From Eledone cirrhosa (lineage: Eukaryota), in assembly GCA_964016885.1 (NCBI GenBank), contig CAXHJY010000674.1:1-36839 (forward strand): a stretch of DNA of 36,839 bases, given 5' to 3'. This document shows, one piece after another, positions 18,059-33,066 of the stretch (within the stretch, counting starts at the first letter, position 1; each line of letters opens with the position of its first letter). The notes under the pieces are model-generated. The model was not told the origin of the DNA. It saw only the letters and a program-made list of their open reading frames with translations, and searched no databases. The position numbers and the translations under genes are program-made.

Positions 18059-18814
18059 ATATTCATTAGTTAAGAAAAGCAAGACCACAAACTTCACAAT
18101 GAAGACATTATTAAAAGATTGCCAACATATTTTAGTTTGATGTAAGGAATGTAGAGAATAATAATAATAATATTAATAATTATAATGTCCGTTTACAATT
18201 GTTTCGCTACTCCATATATTATATTTCTGGATCAGATGTCTATATATCATAATTGATCTGGTTCAGTTGAAAATAATTAACATATTTAAAAAACAGAGTG
18301 GCTCATTGGAACTCAAAGGAATATAAATTAAAATAATGGGATAATGTTACATAATATAATGTTCTATATATTGGTTTTTACAATGTGTCTTGGTTGCATC
18401 AGCTGTCAGCCATAATCAAGCAGTATTCATCTGTCGAAGCTGCATTGTGTGAGATCTGCCTATGGGTTACAAGATGGCTGCCAAAGGGCATAGTAAAAAC
18501 CAATATATGGAACATTATGTTATGTAACATTATCCCATTATTTTAATTTATATTCCTTTGAGTTCCGATGAGCCACTCTGTTTTTTTAAATATGTTAATT
18601 ATTTTCAACTGAACCAGATCGATTATGATATATAGTCATCTGATTCAGAAATATTATATGGAGTAGCGAAACAATTGTAAACGGACATTATTATTATTAA
18701 TATTATTATTATTATTCTCTACATTCCTTACATCAAACTGAAATATGTTGACAATCTTTTAATAATATCTTCCTTGTGAAGATTGTAGTCTTGTTTCGCT
18801 TAACTACTGAATAT
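18059..18814. repeat. ~326-bp inverted repeat (18059-18385 / 18489-18814) with ~103-bp spacer
   Basis: Arms are reverse complements with scattered substitutions, and each carries an HHR-like motif. Confidence 0.92.
18562..18682 (+). ncRNA. Variant hammerhead (CCGAUGA core, expanded domain II)
   Basis: GUU-CCGAUGA-GCCACUC...(~82 nt)...GAGUAGC-GAAA-CAAUUG-UA-AAC; the mirror copy at 18191-18312 has CCAAUGA. Confidence 0.55.
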
Positions 18815-19000
18815 TTCCAGCTCTGCGCACCTAACTTCTGCATGAACCCAGCCACCTAGCTGCTTTCTACTGCATATTGCACATTGAGCCCATGCCTTTA
18901 AGATTTGGCTTCTAACTAACTCACCAATCTCTCCTCTCATATCTCCTCTAATATCTCCATCTCTCTCTTTAAGATTGGTTACTCTTGAACTGTGAATATT

Positions 19001-19031
<31 letters not shown>

Positions 19032-19079
19032 TTATAGATATATTTATATATATATATATTTATATATATATATTTATAC

Positions 19080-19135
<56 letters not shown>

Positions 19136-19247
19136 TATATATATATTTATATATATATATATTTATATATATGTATATGTATATATATATATATTTATAT
19201 ATATATATATATGTATATATGTAGATATATATATATATTTATATATG

Positions 19248-19278
<31 letters not shown>

Positions 19279-19318
19279 GTATATATATATATATCTATAT
19301 CCAAATTTAAGATAAATC

Positions 19319-19819
19319 AAAATGAATTTAATCTAAATCAAAATTATGGGTGTCATGCCAGAAAGACATGCGCCATATCACCCGCAAAATAAGCTCTAAG
19401 ATTCTAACGAATAGGTCCGAGCATTTTATAGTAACTAGAAATTGATTAACATATAAATAAACATGATAATCACAGGAGATAATTTTTACAAGTCTGTAAG
19501 CACACATAGCTAGCTAAGTAACTAAATAAAGTTAACCAGAACTTAAAAAATAGATACCTTATAATATGATTAATCTTCCCTGTATATATTCCATTAAAGA
19601 AATATATTTCACCAATTAATCGAATGGTAAACCACAGATGCCAATACTTGGATTTTCAACTAGGAAGAAGTTTCAGCGATCTATGTTTCCACATCAAGTT
19701 TAAATCAGCGACTGGCCAGCAACACGTGCTGTATCTTCTAGAAATACACACCTCATACCAGCTTCGTCCCAGTGGCGTGAATAGGGTTATCGACAACTAG
19801 AAACAGCAGTCGAGTGCTT
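19319..19819. repeat. Unclassified ~500-bp dispersed repeat, copy 2
   Basis: Direct repeat of 1226-1725. Confidence 0.9.
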
Positions 19820-19826
19820 ATATATG

Positions 19827-19908
<82 letters not shown>

Positions 19909-19982
19909 TATGTGTATATATATCTATGTATATATATACATGTATATATATATATATATATATATGTGTATATATATCTATG

Positions 19983-20027
<45 letters not shown>

Positions 20028-20040
20028 ATATATATGTATG

Positions 20041-20161
<121 letters not shown>

Positions 20162-20206
20162 ATATATATATGTATATATATATATACATATATGTATATA
20201 TGTATA

Positions 20207-22140
<1,934 letters not shown>

Positions 22141-22530
22141 TTATTAAGTGTAATGAATTCTTTTACAATGGAATTAGCTCGAAGGAGGAAATACCCCTGA
22201 GCCGTGTATAAACTAATATATATGATGAAACACAGATACCAACACATCTGTATTTATATTGCAAAAGAAAATTTAGCCAGAATGAAGTATACTAATTATT
22301 ATACTACAGTTTGTCCATATCGATTTAAAATAATAAATCAACAAAGACGAACTGCATTGCCAAATGGCTATGATGTTTAGACATATTTAAATTTCAAAAT
22401 CAAACGTGTTCCGTAGATAAGTTTAAACTTTAAAATCCAAATATGTTTCGAGATAAATAAGTGTAGGAATATCATGTCCTGCCCTCCTCAGTAAACATCC
22501 AGGGACAAATTGATATGCTTCACTTCCAAA

Positions 22531-23060
22531 TAGTAATAATAATAAATTTGAAGACTAAAATCCAAAGAGGGCTCGATAAGGATAAATATATATCAAATAT
22601 ATAAGAACCGTAGAGCAAATATTTATTAAAATAACAGATTAAAGTTTAAGCAAAGAATCGCTGCTTTCACCCTTAACGGGATCCTCTGAAACTAAAAAAA
22701 TCAATCTGTGAACGCAGTAAATATTTCGAAAAACGTTGCAACCGAAAGAAGACAGGAAGACGATACTTTGGTTCGTGGAAACGTTCCCTGGCGAAGAACG
22801 GAAAGAAACGAAGATAATACGTCATTATGTGGAGCGTGGAGAACAATTACACGCAAAGACAAAACCACGTTCATGGTATAACTGAAGTCGTAGACTAAAA
22901 TTCTATTTAGGAAACCGAATGATTCTCGGCTTCAGAGTTAAGAATAATGTAAATAAATTACAGAGTTAATTGAAATCAACAAAAATTAAATATATACATG
23001 CACGCACATCCTTATCGAGCCCTCTTTGGATTTTAGTCTTCAAATTTATTATTATTACTA
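22531..23060. repeat. 53-bp perfect inverted repeats flanking ~424 bp (MITE-like, or an inversion product)
   Basis: 22531-22583 is the reverse complement of 23008-23060; both outer ends read TA. Confidence 0.75.
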
Positions 23061-23112
23061 TATATATATTCATATATGTTAGTATGTACATATATATATA
23101 TAAGTATGTATA

Positions 23113-23185
<73 letters not shown>

Positions 23186-23189
<4 letters not shown>

Positions 23190-23454
23190 TCGTGTAGCAC
23201 CCATCCACCATCTGAGTGAGTCTATTGGTCTGTGTCCAAGTCTCAGACCCATACAGCAGCACAGACTCCACTACAGCAATGAAGAGGCGGATTTTCAGGT
23301 CTCTACGAAGGTCCGACTTCCACACCGTTAACATATGTTGATGCCCTAAGGACAGACACTGGTCTGTTGGAGATGCAGGATATGGCAGCTATAATGAGGG
23401 ACAGAGACCGCTGGAGAGAACTCGTCCATGGATCTCGGGAATTTTACCCGCCTT

Positions 23455-23460
<6 letters not shown>
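23186..23460 (+). mobile_element. RTE copy 3: 3' end plus inverted internal segment
   Basis: 23187-23327 matches ~2329-2470 (element antisense on +); 23327-23459 is the inverse of ~1994-2124. Confidence 0.92.
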
Positions 23461-23519
<59 letters not shown>

Positions 23520-23609
23520 GTAATTCCGTCGAAAAGGTCCAGGAAAAAAGAGTGCTCTATGTAGGTTACAGAGCTTAATAGTTATGTAATAAACAACATA
23601 AGATAGTTA

Positions 23610-23670
23610 TTTCATTTACCAGTGGTTTCTTGAACGCAAACACAATTTGCTTTCAGTCATCAGAATGAAA
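23610..23670 (-). ncRNA. Type I hammerhead ribozyme
   Basis: UUUCAUU-CUGAUGA-CUGAAAGCAAA(uugug)UUUGCGUUCAA-GAAA-CCACUGG-UA-AAUGAAA. Confidence 0.82.
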
Positions 23671-23847
23671 AATTCCTGGTGTATTTATTGACAGTGGATT
23701 TTAAAAACAAAAATATTATCTATATGAAAGTGAGGCTGGAAAAGGAAGAAGGAAAGAAAAAGAATAAGTATAAAAGTAGATAAACACACATGCACACACA
23801 CACACACACGCACACACACATATACATACACACATACATACATATAC

Positions 23848-23884
<37 letters not shown>

Positions 23885-24254
23885 CATACACATATATATA
23901 CACGTACACATATATATGGTGGCTGCCAACTCGTTTTCGAGTATGGCCACTACTTTATATCCATGTAGGAGAACTCCTACCGATGCGCTGAACGAGTGTG
24001 ACTTTTTAGTCCAGCCAGCGACTTGAAAACTCTGGTACAAACACTACACTTGTGACAATTATTGACACATAGTGCTGGGCCCATGGTACCATGTGATGAC
24101 AAATGCAGAGAGATCTCCAGATATAAAGCAATGCCTGTGCCGTGAAGCTTTTATAGTGAGCAAAGGCACTGCACAAAGCCAGTCCCACTCTCTTAACCAA
24201 GATGATATTTACCAAAAAGAAGAACAAGTCAACATCATTGGATATCATCAGGGT

Positions 24255-24526
24255 TGCAGGTGTTATATCAGAGTTTTCCTTCTCCTAGAATTCTGCCTTG
24301 ACAAAGGCTAAGGGGTCATCTCTCCCGGTGATTTTGGATGGCCACTGACTCTTAAGAGCTCCTTTGCCCTTTGACAGGTTTTGTTTTTAGTCCTGCAGGA
24401 TGTCCAAAGTCACCCTCCTCACCAAGAAACCTTGGTGGGGTTGCCAGTTTAGTCGCCAACGACCCGACCATGAGACAGGTTGTACTGGGATACATGTTAC
24501 CAGTAGCACCAACTGGTGACCTGACA
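24255..24526 (-). mobile_element. RTE-type 5'UTR remnant with possible degenerate HDV-like ribozyme
   Basis: CTAGGAGAAGGAAAACTCTGA (24268-24288) resembles RTE 5'UTR motifs as I recall them; P2/P4/J4-2-like elements at 24444-24521. Confidence 0.45.
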
Positions 24527-25125
24527 TAATATACATATACATATACATACACACATAATTATACACATATCCATACATACACATACACATAAATACACAA
24601 ACACACACACATATGTATATATATATATACACACATAATCATACATATATACACACGTACATACAAACACATACATACACACATATATACACGCATACAC
24701 AAATATAGATATATGTACACACACCTACATACGCACACACTCAATTAATTATAAGAAAAAATATAATAATAAAAATAAAAAAACAATGGACGACCATATA
24801 GACCGCCACATAAAAATAAAAATAGAAAATATACGACTTAAGAAAATAAAAATAAAAATTATAAAGTTGACAGCGATACAAGAAAGTACATAAATAAATG
24901 AACAAACACATGTTGTAAGCAATACACACAATTACACATAGACAAACATACATATAAATATATACATACACACACACATATACATATACATATACATACA
25001 CATATATATACACACACATATATATATATACATATACAGACAAACATACATATATATATATATATATACACATGTATGTGTGTAAAACTCATTCTTTGAT
25101 GTATTCATTGAACCTTGTTTAAGTC

Positions 25126-25238
<113 letters not shown>

Positions 25239-25313
25239 ATATATATATATAATATATATATATAATATATATATATATATAATATATATATATAATATAT
25301 ATATATAATATAT

Positions 25314-25402
<89 letters not shown>

Positions 25403-25437
25403 ATATATATATATATAATATATATATATATATATAC

Positions 25438-25657
25438 GAAAATACATAAATATTATATATATATATAAATAAAAAGGTGAAATGGGTAAACAAATAGTTG
25501 GGAATACGACAAATAATAAATAAATAAATAAATAGATAAAAGTATAAATGTTTATAGCTGATTTAGAGAGCTCAACAAGTTCCTGGAGCAAATAATCAAT
25601 GAAAATAACCATTAAATCACTCTGTATGTAATTATGCATATGCATACACATATATAA

Positions 25658-25713
<56 letters not shown>

Positions 25714-25745
25714 CCATACAAATACACACATATATACATATATAT

Positions 25746-25778
<33 letters not shown>

Positions 25779-25945
25779 TTTAGGAAAAAGTATGACCCCG
25801 ACGGCAGAGCTCAAGCCGTTTCGACGGCCATTACATATATATACATATAAACACATACTTATATATAAAAAATACACATATACACACACACACTAATATA
25901 CACACACATATATACAAAAAGTTACGTCACCACCTTAATAAAATT

Positions 25946-25996
<51 letters not shown>

Positions 25997-27380
25997 GATA
26001 CATACAGATAAATATAATACAATTATATACACATATATACACATATACATAACACATACATACACACAGAAATAAACATCTATAAATAAAATAGGTGGGT
26101 ATGTAAAGGGTAAGGTAGAAATTAGGGGGGAATAAGAAAAATAAATAACATAGGAAAAAGTTTAAATATAAGGGGAGATAAAGGAGAAAAAGAATATAAG
26201 AGTACAGAAAGTGAGTTCAGAAAGTAATAAAAATCGTAGTGGGTGTAACGCGTAGAGAGCAGAGAAGAACTTCAAGGTGGTTGAGTCATCGTAGGAATGT
26301 CAATCCTTACAGATCAGATGTGATTTTCGGTTGAGGACAACATCTGAAGATCTCGGTCTTGGAGTTCCGACAAGTTGAAGTGGCTTTCAAGTTTTGTAGA
26401 ATCCTAAATTTTTCAGTGGTACACAAAGAACAATTCTTTGTGCCCCTTTGGTATTCCCTGGAATGGTCTAAAATAGACCAATCGATAGAGTACGGGATGT
26501 TTTTATCTTTGAATACCCACACCTTATTTGCAAGAGCCGTTGCTGTTATTTTATCAGAGTGTTTAAAAGAAGGGACATGTGCATAAAACCTGGTTTTGAA
26601 ACTGTCCTGAGTCATGCCAACATATCGCTCACTCCTGGCTGGCCGGTTATTAATAAAAGGTGTCACTTTGGCCTCATATACAACGGATTTGGTATTACAT
26701 TTACCTGTAATGGGCATTCATCCAGCGGCCTGAAACTGCATCCTGGATTTATTATCGTACGATTAGAATTGGTGATTTTAGCCTTCATTGATGGGGAGCA
26801 AGAGTAACTGATTTTAACTACATTTCTATTAAATATCTTATATATATGATTAGGAAGGAAATGTTTGTCTAAGAGGTCAAGGAATTTCCTTCCTACATTA
26901 GTTTTGACAGTTAGAGAGAAGGGGGGTGTAAACCAAATAATTTTCCTTTCCCAACTAGTGTGATTAGTTTTAGGGGGAGGAGTAGGTAAATATTTAATGT
27001 CTTATGTAAAGCCGCTGTTATTAAGGGCTTTATTAAAAATGTCTAGAGACGAAGATAAGGTAGAAATACTACGGCTAATATTGGGAATGAGCTTTTTAAA
27101 AACTATAGGGGGGTGGCAAGACTCTTTGTGTATATATCTAAGATTTTCCTTATGTTTATGATAAAGTTTAGAAGAGGCAGTAAGTAGATCAAGATTAATG
27201 TCAAGAAAGTTAGCATTGGTAAGGTTCGTATCTATAGTAATTTTAAGGTTTAGATTAGCAAAAGTGTTGATTAAATCTTTACGCAATTTATCAAGGTTAT
27301 GGCCGTATACTTTTTCCTATATGTATATATATATATGTATATATGTGTATATATATGTATATATGTGTGTACTTGTATGG

Positions 27381-27438
<58 letters not shown>

Positions 27439-27646
27439 TCATATATGTGTATGTATATGCATACAGAGTGATTTAATGGTTATTTTCTTTGATTATTTGC
27501 TCCAGGAACATGTTGGGTGCTCTAAATCAGCTATAAACATGTATACCTTTATCTATTTATTTATTTATTATTTGTCGTATTCCCAACTATTAGTTTACCC
27601 CCTTTCACCTTTTCATTTTTATATATATATAATATTTATGTATTTT

Positions 27647-27647
<1 letters not shown>
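25438..27647 (-). mobile_element. Naiad-type Penelope-like fragment (RT thumb, linker, GIY-YIG, ~26307-27318) bracketed by inverted repeats 25438-25760 / 27320-27647
   Basis: NFLDINLDL, YIHKESCHPP, RKIIWFTPPFS..TNVGRKFL, KIFNRNVVKISYSC, VVYEA, YVGMT..FKTRFYAH, CSLCTTEK; frameshifted. Confidence 0.88.
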
Positions 27648-27722
<75 letters not shown>

Positions 27723-27772
27723 GAAAGAAGAGTGACACGGTTTGGTATACAAAAAAGGTTTTTAATCTCATT

Positions 27773-27878
27773 GCTGACAATTGCTTCTCTGAACTGGTAG
27801 GTCTAGAGATCGCTACCCGCTTGTTTTCACGTTATTCGATCGCCAATACAAAGTTATAACCAGTCAATTCATCGGAGC
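27773..27878 (-). ncRNA. Variant or degenerate hammerhead (CCGAUGA core, long domain II)
   Basis: GCU-CCGAUGA-..UGACUGGU...ACCAGUUCA..-GAAG-CAAUUG-UC-AGC. Confidence 0.45.
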
Positions 27879-27885
27879 TTGTTAT

Positions 27886-28074
<189 letters not shown>

Positions 28075-28112
28075 TATAAATATATAAATATATATATATA
28101 TAAATATAATAT

Positions 28113-28271
<159 letters not shown>

Positions 28272-28273
28272 AA

Positions 28274-28312
<39 letters not shown>

Positions 28313-28503
28313 GATAAATCTACCAAGAGTTTACGGTAGTGTCCAATCCCCGTATGAAGAACTCAATGTATTCCGGATATCATGGAAAGAAGAGATGTAA
28401 TGAAAAATCACTTTCGGTGAAAGATAATCGGTATACAGAGTCAAGATAAAATATTAAACAAATAATGAATAAACAATTCCTTATATTAAACAAAAAAAGT
28501 TCA

Positions 28504-28645
28504 TTATTTAACGATCGTTTCTAGGATATATATGTGTTAGAATTGGTATGCATATTCAACAGATCTATGTACAAAATTATACAAAATTATACAAATTATC
28601 AAGATTAAATATACATACCAAACACATATATACGCCGTCTTCAGA

Positions 28646-28650
<5 letters not shown>
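28504..28650 (-). ncRNA. Type I hammerhead with ~116-nt domain II
   Basis: UUAUUU-CUGAAGA-[long hairpin: UAUAUAUGUGUU/AACACAUAUAUA and UGGUAUGUAUAUUUAA/UUGAAUAUGCAUACCA]-GAAA-CGAUCG-UU-AAAUAA. Confidence 0.75.
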
Positions 28651-28726
<76 letters not shown>

Positions 28727-28765
28727 CATAAATATATATATATATATAAATATATATATATATAA

Positions 28766-28836
<71 letters not shown>

Positions 28837-28885
28837 TAGATAGATAGATAGATATATATATATATATATATATAGATAGATAGAT

Positions 28886-28980
<95 letters not shown>

Positions 28981-29018
28981 AATATATATATATATATAAA
29001 TATATATATATATACATA

Positions 29019-29083
<65 letters not shown>

Positions 29084-29092
29084 CATAAATAT

Positions 29093-29185
<93 letters not shown>

Positions 29186-29189
29186 ATAT

Positions 29190-29220
<31 letters not shown>

Positions 29221-29268
29221 AATATATATATATATAAATATATATATATATAAATATATATATATATA

Positions 29269-29300
<32 letters not shown>

Positions 29301-29303
29301 AAT

Positions 29304-29432
<129 letters not shown>

Positions 29433-29459
29433 AATATATATAAATATATATATATATAT

Positions 29460-29650
29460 ATAAAATATTAAACAAATAATGAACAAACAATTCCTTATAT
29501 TAAACAAAAAAAGTTCACTATTTAACGATCGTTTCTAGGGTATATATGTGTTATAATTGGTATGCATATTTAACAGATCTATGTACAAAATTATACAAAA
29601 TTATACAAATTATCAAGATTAAATATACATACCTAACTCATATATACGCT
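29460..29650 (-). repeat. Truncated direct copy of 28446-28635 (lacks the CUGAAGA box)
   Basis: Near-identical sequence that ends in (TA)n before the 5' core. Confidence 0.88.
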
Positions 29651-29660
29651 CATATATATA

Positions 29661-29749
<89 letters not shown>

Positions 29750-29750
29750 A

Positions 29751-29842
<92 letters not shown>

Positions 29843-29892
29843 TTATTTATTTATTTATATATATTTATGTAATAAACAACATAAGGCAATTA

Positions 29893-29951
29893 TTCCATTT
29901 ACCAGTGGTTTCTTAAAAGCAGAAAATTTGCTTTCAATCCTCAGAATGAAA
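29893..29951 (-). ncRNA. Type I hammerhead, paralogue of 23610-23670
   Basis: UUUCAUU-CUGAGGA-UUGAAAGCA(aauuuuc)UGCUUUUAA-GAAA-CCACUGG-UA-AAUGGAA. Confidence 0.85.
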
Positions 29952-30043
29952 GAATCCTGGTCTGTTTATTGAATTTGGATGTTCTCTGTTACCTACATAG
30001 AGCACTCTTTTTTCCTGGACTTTTCCGACGGAATTACTTCATT

Positions 30044-30256
<213 letters not shown>

Positions 30257-30277
30257 TTATATATATATTTATATATA

Positions 30278-30350
<73 letters not shown>

Positions 30351-30351
30351 T

Positions 30352-30384
<33 letters not shown>

Positions 30385-30435
30385 TTATATATATATATGT
30401 ATATATATTGATATATATTTTATATATATATAAAT

Positions 30436-31136
30436 ATAAAAACAAATAACGAAACGAAATTAAATTTCGTTTCGTTTGTAACTCACTTTTGTATGACTGA
30501 CGCTTAAACAATTAAGTCAAAAATGTACATCTACATATGCATACTGAAATACTAGTGTGTATATGAATACACACACGTATACATATGTAGGTGTACCAAG
30601 TCTTTCACTGGTCGCTTTACAGTGAGCGGCCCAGCTATTCTGTATGTAAACACACAGACAAACCGGTTTTTAGAGTCATACTGGTTTTTCGGGGGAACAC
30701 CTTCCCTCTATTCTCCAGAAAGCCAGACAAGGAATATTGAACTAGTTTCGTTGTTGTTACAACTCATCAGCAATATTTACCTATCTACCGGCCTTTCTGG
30801 AGAATTGTAAAAGCACATATCGTTATATGCTTTTTCTATGAAAATTAGTAGTGGGCAGACTAATTTGCATAGAGTGTGAGTACGCACCGGTTCAGCGGAG
30901 ACGATAAAAACAAATAACGAAACGAAATTAAATTTCGTTTCGTTTGTAACTCACTTTTGTATGACTGACGCTTAAACAATTAAGTCAAAAATGTTCATCT
31001 ACATATGCATACTGAAATACTAGTGTGTATATGAATACACACACGTATACATATGTAGGTGTACCAAGTCTTTCACTGGTCGCTTTACAGTGAGCGGCCC
31101 AGCTATTCTGTATGTAAACACATTTTTGACTTAATT
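30436..31136 (-). mobile_element. Retrozyme-like element B: 468-nt unit plus 219-bp repeat, short terminal inversion
   Basis: 30436-30654 matches 30904-31122 with one substitution seen; 31121-31136 is the inverse of internal AATTAAGTCAAAAATG; canonical HHR; dense hairpins. Confidence 0.85.
30733..30777 (-). ncRNA. Canonical type I hammerhead ribozyme
   Basis: AAUAUUG-CUGAUGA-GUUGU(aaca)ACAAC-GAAA-CUAG-UU-CAAUAUU: stems I and II are perfect, G10.1-C11.1 pair, GUU cleavage triplet. Confidence 0.93.
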
Positions 31137-31170
31137 ATATAAATATATTTATATATATATATATATATAA

Positions 31171-31212
<42 letters not shown>

Positions 31213-31233
31213 TTATATATATATAAATATATT

Positions 31234-31265
<32 letters not shown>

Positions 31266-31273
31266 AATATATT

Positions 31274-31305
<32 letters not shown>

Positions 31306-31313
31306 AATATATT

Positions 31314-31352
<39 letters not shown>

Positions 31353-31377
31353 ATATATATATATCTATATTTATTTT

Positions 31378-31456
<79 letters not shown>

Positions 31457-31929
31457 CTTTAAGTCGTTTGGAAGCCTCGACAATGCAAATGGGTAAATCT
31501 CCGGGTAACAAGGTCTGGTGGTGGAGAGAGAGATGTAAGTGGGTGTACGTTGAGATGCGTGGTGTGTATAAGATGTGTGAGATGTGTAGAATGAAGGGAA
31601 GAGTATAAAGGATAAAGTAAAAATAACAACACAAGAGAGATTTACCTTGGGAGAGATTTAATAGTCCCTATATATTTCGGATTCACATCCAACAACTGGG
31701 GTTTTTTTTCCGGGGTGGGGGAAAAGGTTGTCTGTCGGACCAGTCCGGAACGCGTCCTTTTCTGTTTGTTGTTTTGAATATCTGAGGTATTCGGCAGAGC
31801 GCGCGTGCGCGTGAAATGGGGTCGGTCGTACAGAGGTCAGCGGCCGAATGAGGGAGTGGGATGGCGCTAGCTGTTTCCATTTGTTAATATATCGTATTTA
31901 TGTATATATATATTTATATATATATTTAT

Positions 31930-32012
31930 ATAACTTTGAAATGTTTTGGTCAATATTGGCCCAGGCCATGTCTAACTTAATAGCACCACCTGGCGAAGTC
32001 TTTCAATTCAGG
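31930..32012 (-). mobile_element. Short 3'-terminal fragment of the CR1-like LINE at 3094
   Basis: Matches ~3103-3185. Confidence 0.9.
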
Positions 32013-32018
32013 TATATT

Positions 32019-32067
<49 letters not shown>

Positions 32068-32072
32068 ATATA

Positions 32073-32167
<95 letters not shown>

Positions 32168-32250
32168 ACATATTTATATATGTACGTATTTATATATATA
32201 TATATATTTATATATATATTTATATATAAGTGTATATTTATATACGTATT

Positions 32251-32282
<32 letters not shown>

Positions 32283-32636
32283 TATATATATATATATTTA
32301 AATATATATATTTATATATTTATATATTTATATATATTAATATATTTATATATTTATATATATTTATATATTTATATATATATATTTATAAATTTATATA
32401 TATATATATTTATATATACATATATTTATATATATATTTATATATTTATATATATTTATATATCTATATATATTTATATATTTATATATATATATTTATA
32501 TATATATATTTATATATATATATTTATATATATTTATATATATATATCTTTATATATATATATATATATTTATATATTTATATATATATTTATATATTTA
32601 TATATATATCTATATATTTATATATATTTATATATT

Positions 32637-32667
<31 letters not shown>

Positions 32668-32670
32668 TTA

Positions 32671-32741
<71 letters not shown>

Positions 32742-32758
32742 TTATATATATTTATATA

Positions 32759-32797
<39 letters not shown>

Positions 32798-32838
32798 TTA
32801 TATATATATTTATATATATATATATATTTATATATATT

Positions 32839-32887
<49 letters not shown>

Positions 32888-32890
32888 ACA
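32013..32890. repeat. (TA)n/(TTTA)-interrupted microsatellite
   Basis: Direct reading. Confidence 0.95.
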
Positions 32891-33066
32891 TCTCTTCATC
32901 TTCTTCTTTTTTATTTACATACATCTCTTCATCTTCTTCTTTTCATCTTCGTTTTTCTTTCTATATAACTGTCATAAAGGTTTCACTACCAAATCAACTT
33001 TTTAAATGGAAGTTGCATTATTGTAAGGTATGTCAAAAATTATTTATAAAACAGCTTATGTATTGT

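Noticed and set aside
22430-22495. Minus-strand CUGAGGA...GAAA-CAUAU as a hammerhead
   Set aside because: Stems I and III and the cleavage triplet could not be formed convincingly.
22655-22693. Minus-strand CAGAGGA-UCCC..GGGU-GAAA-GCAGC hammerhead-like string
   Set aside because: The core is mutated, and there is no UH site or stem I.
24240-24258. Minus-strand CUGAUGA
   Set aside because: There is no following stem II or GAAA box.
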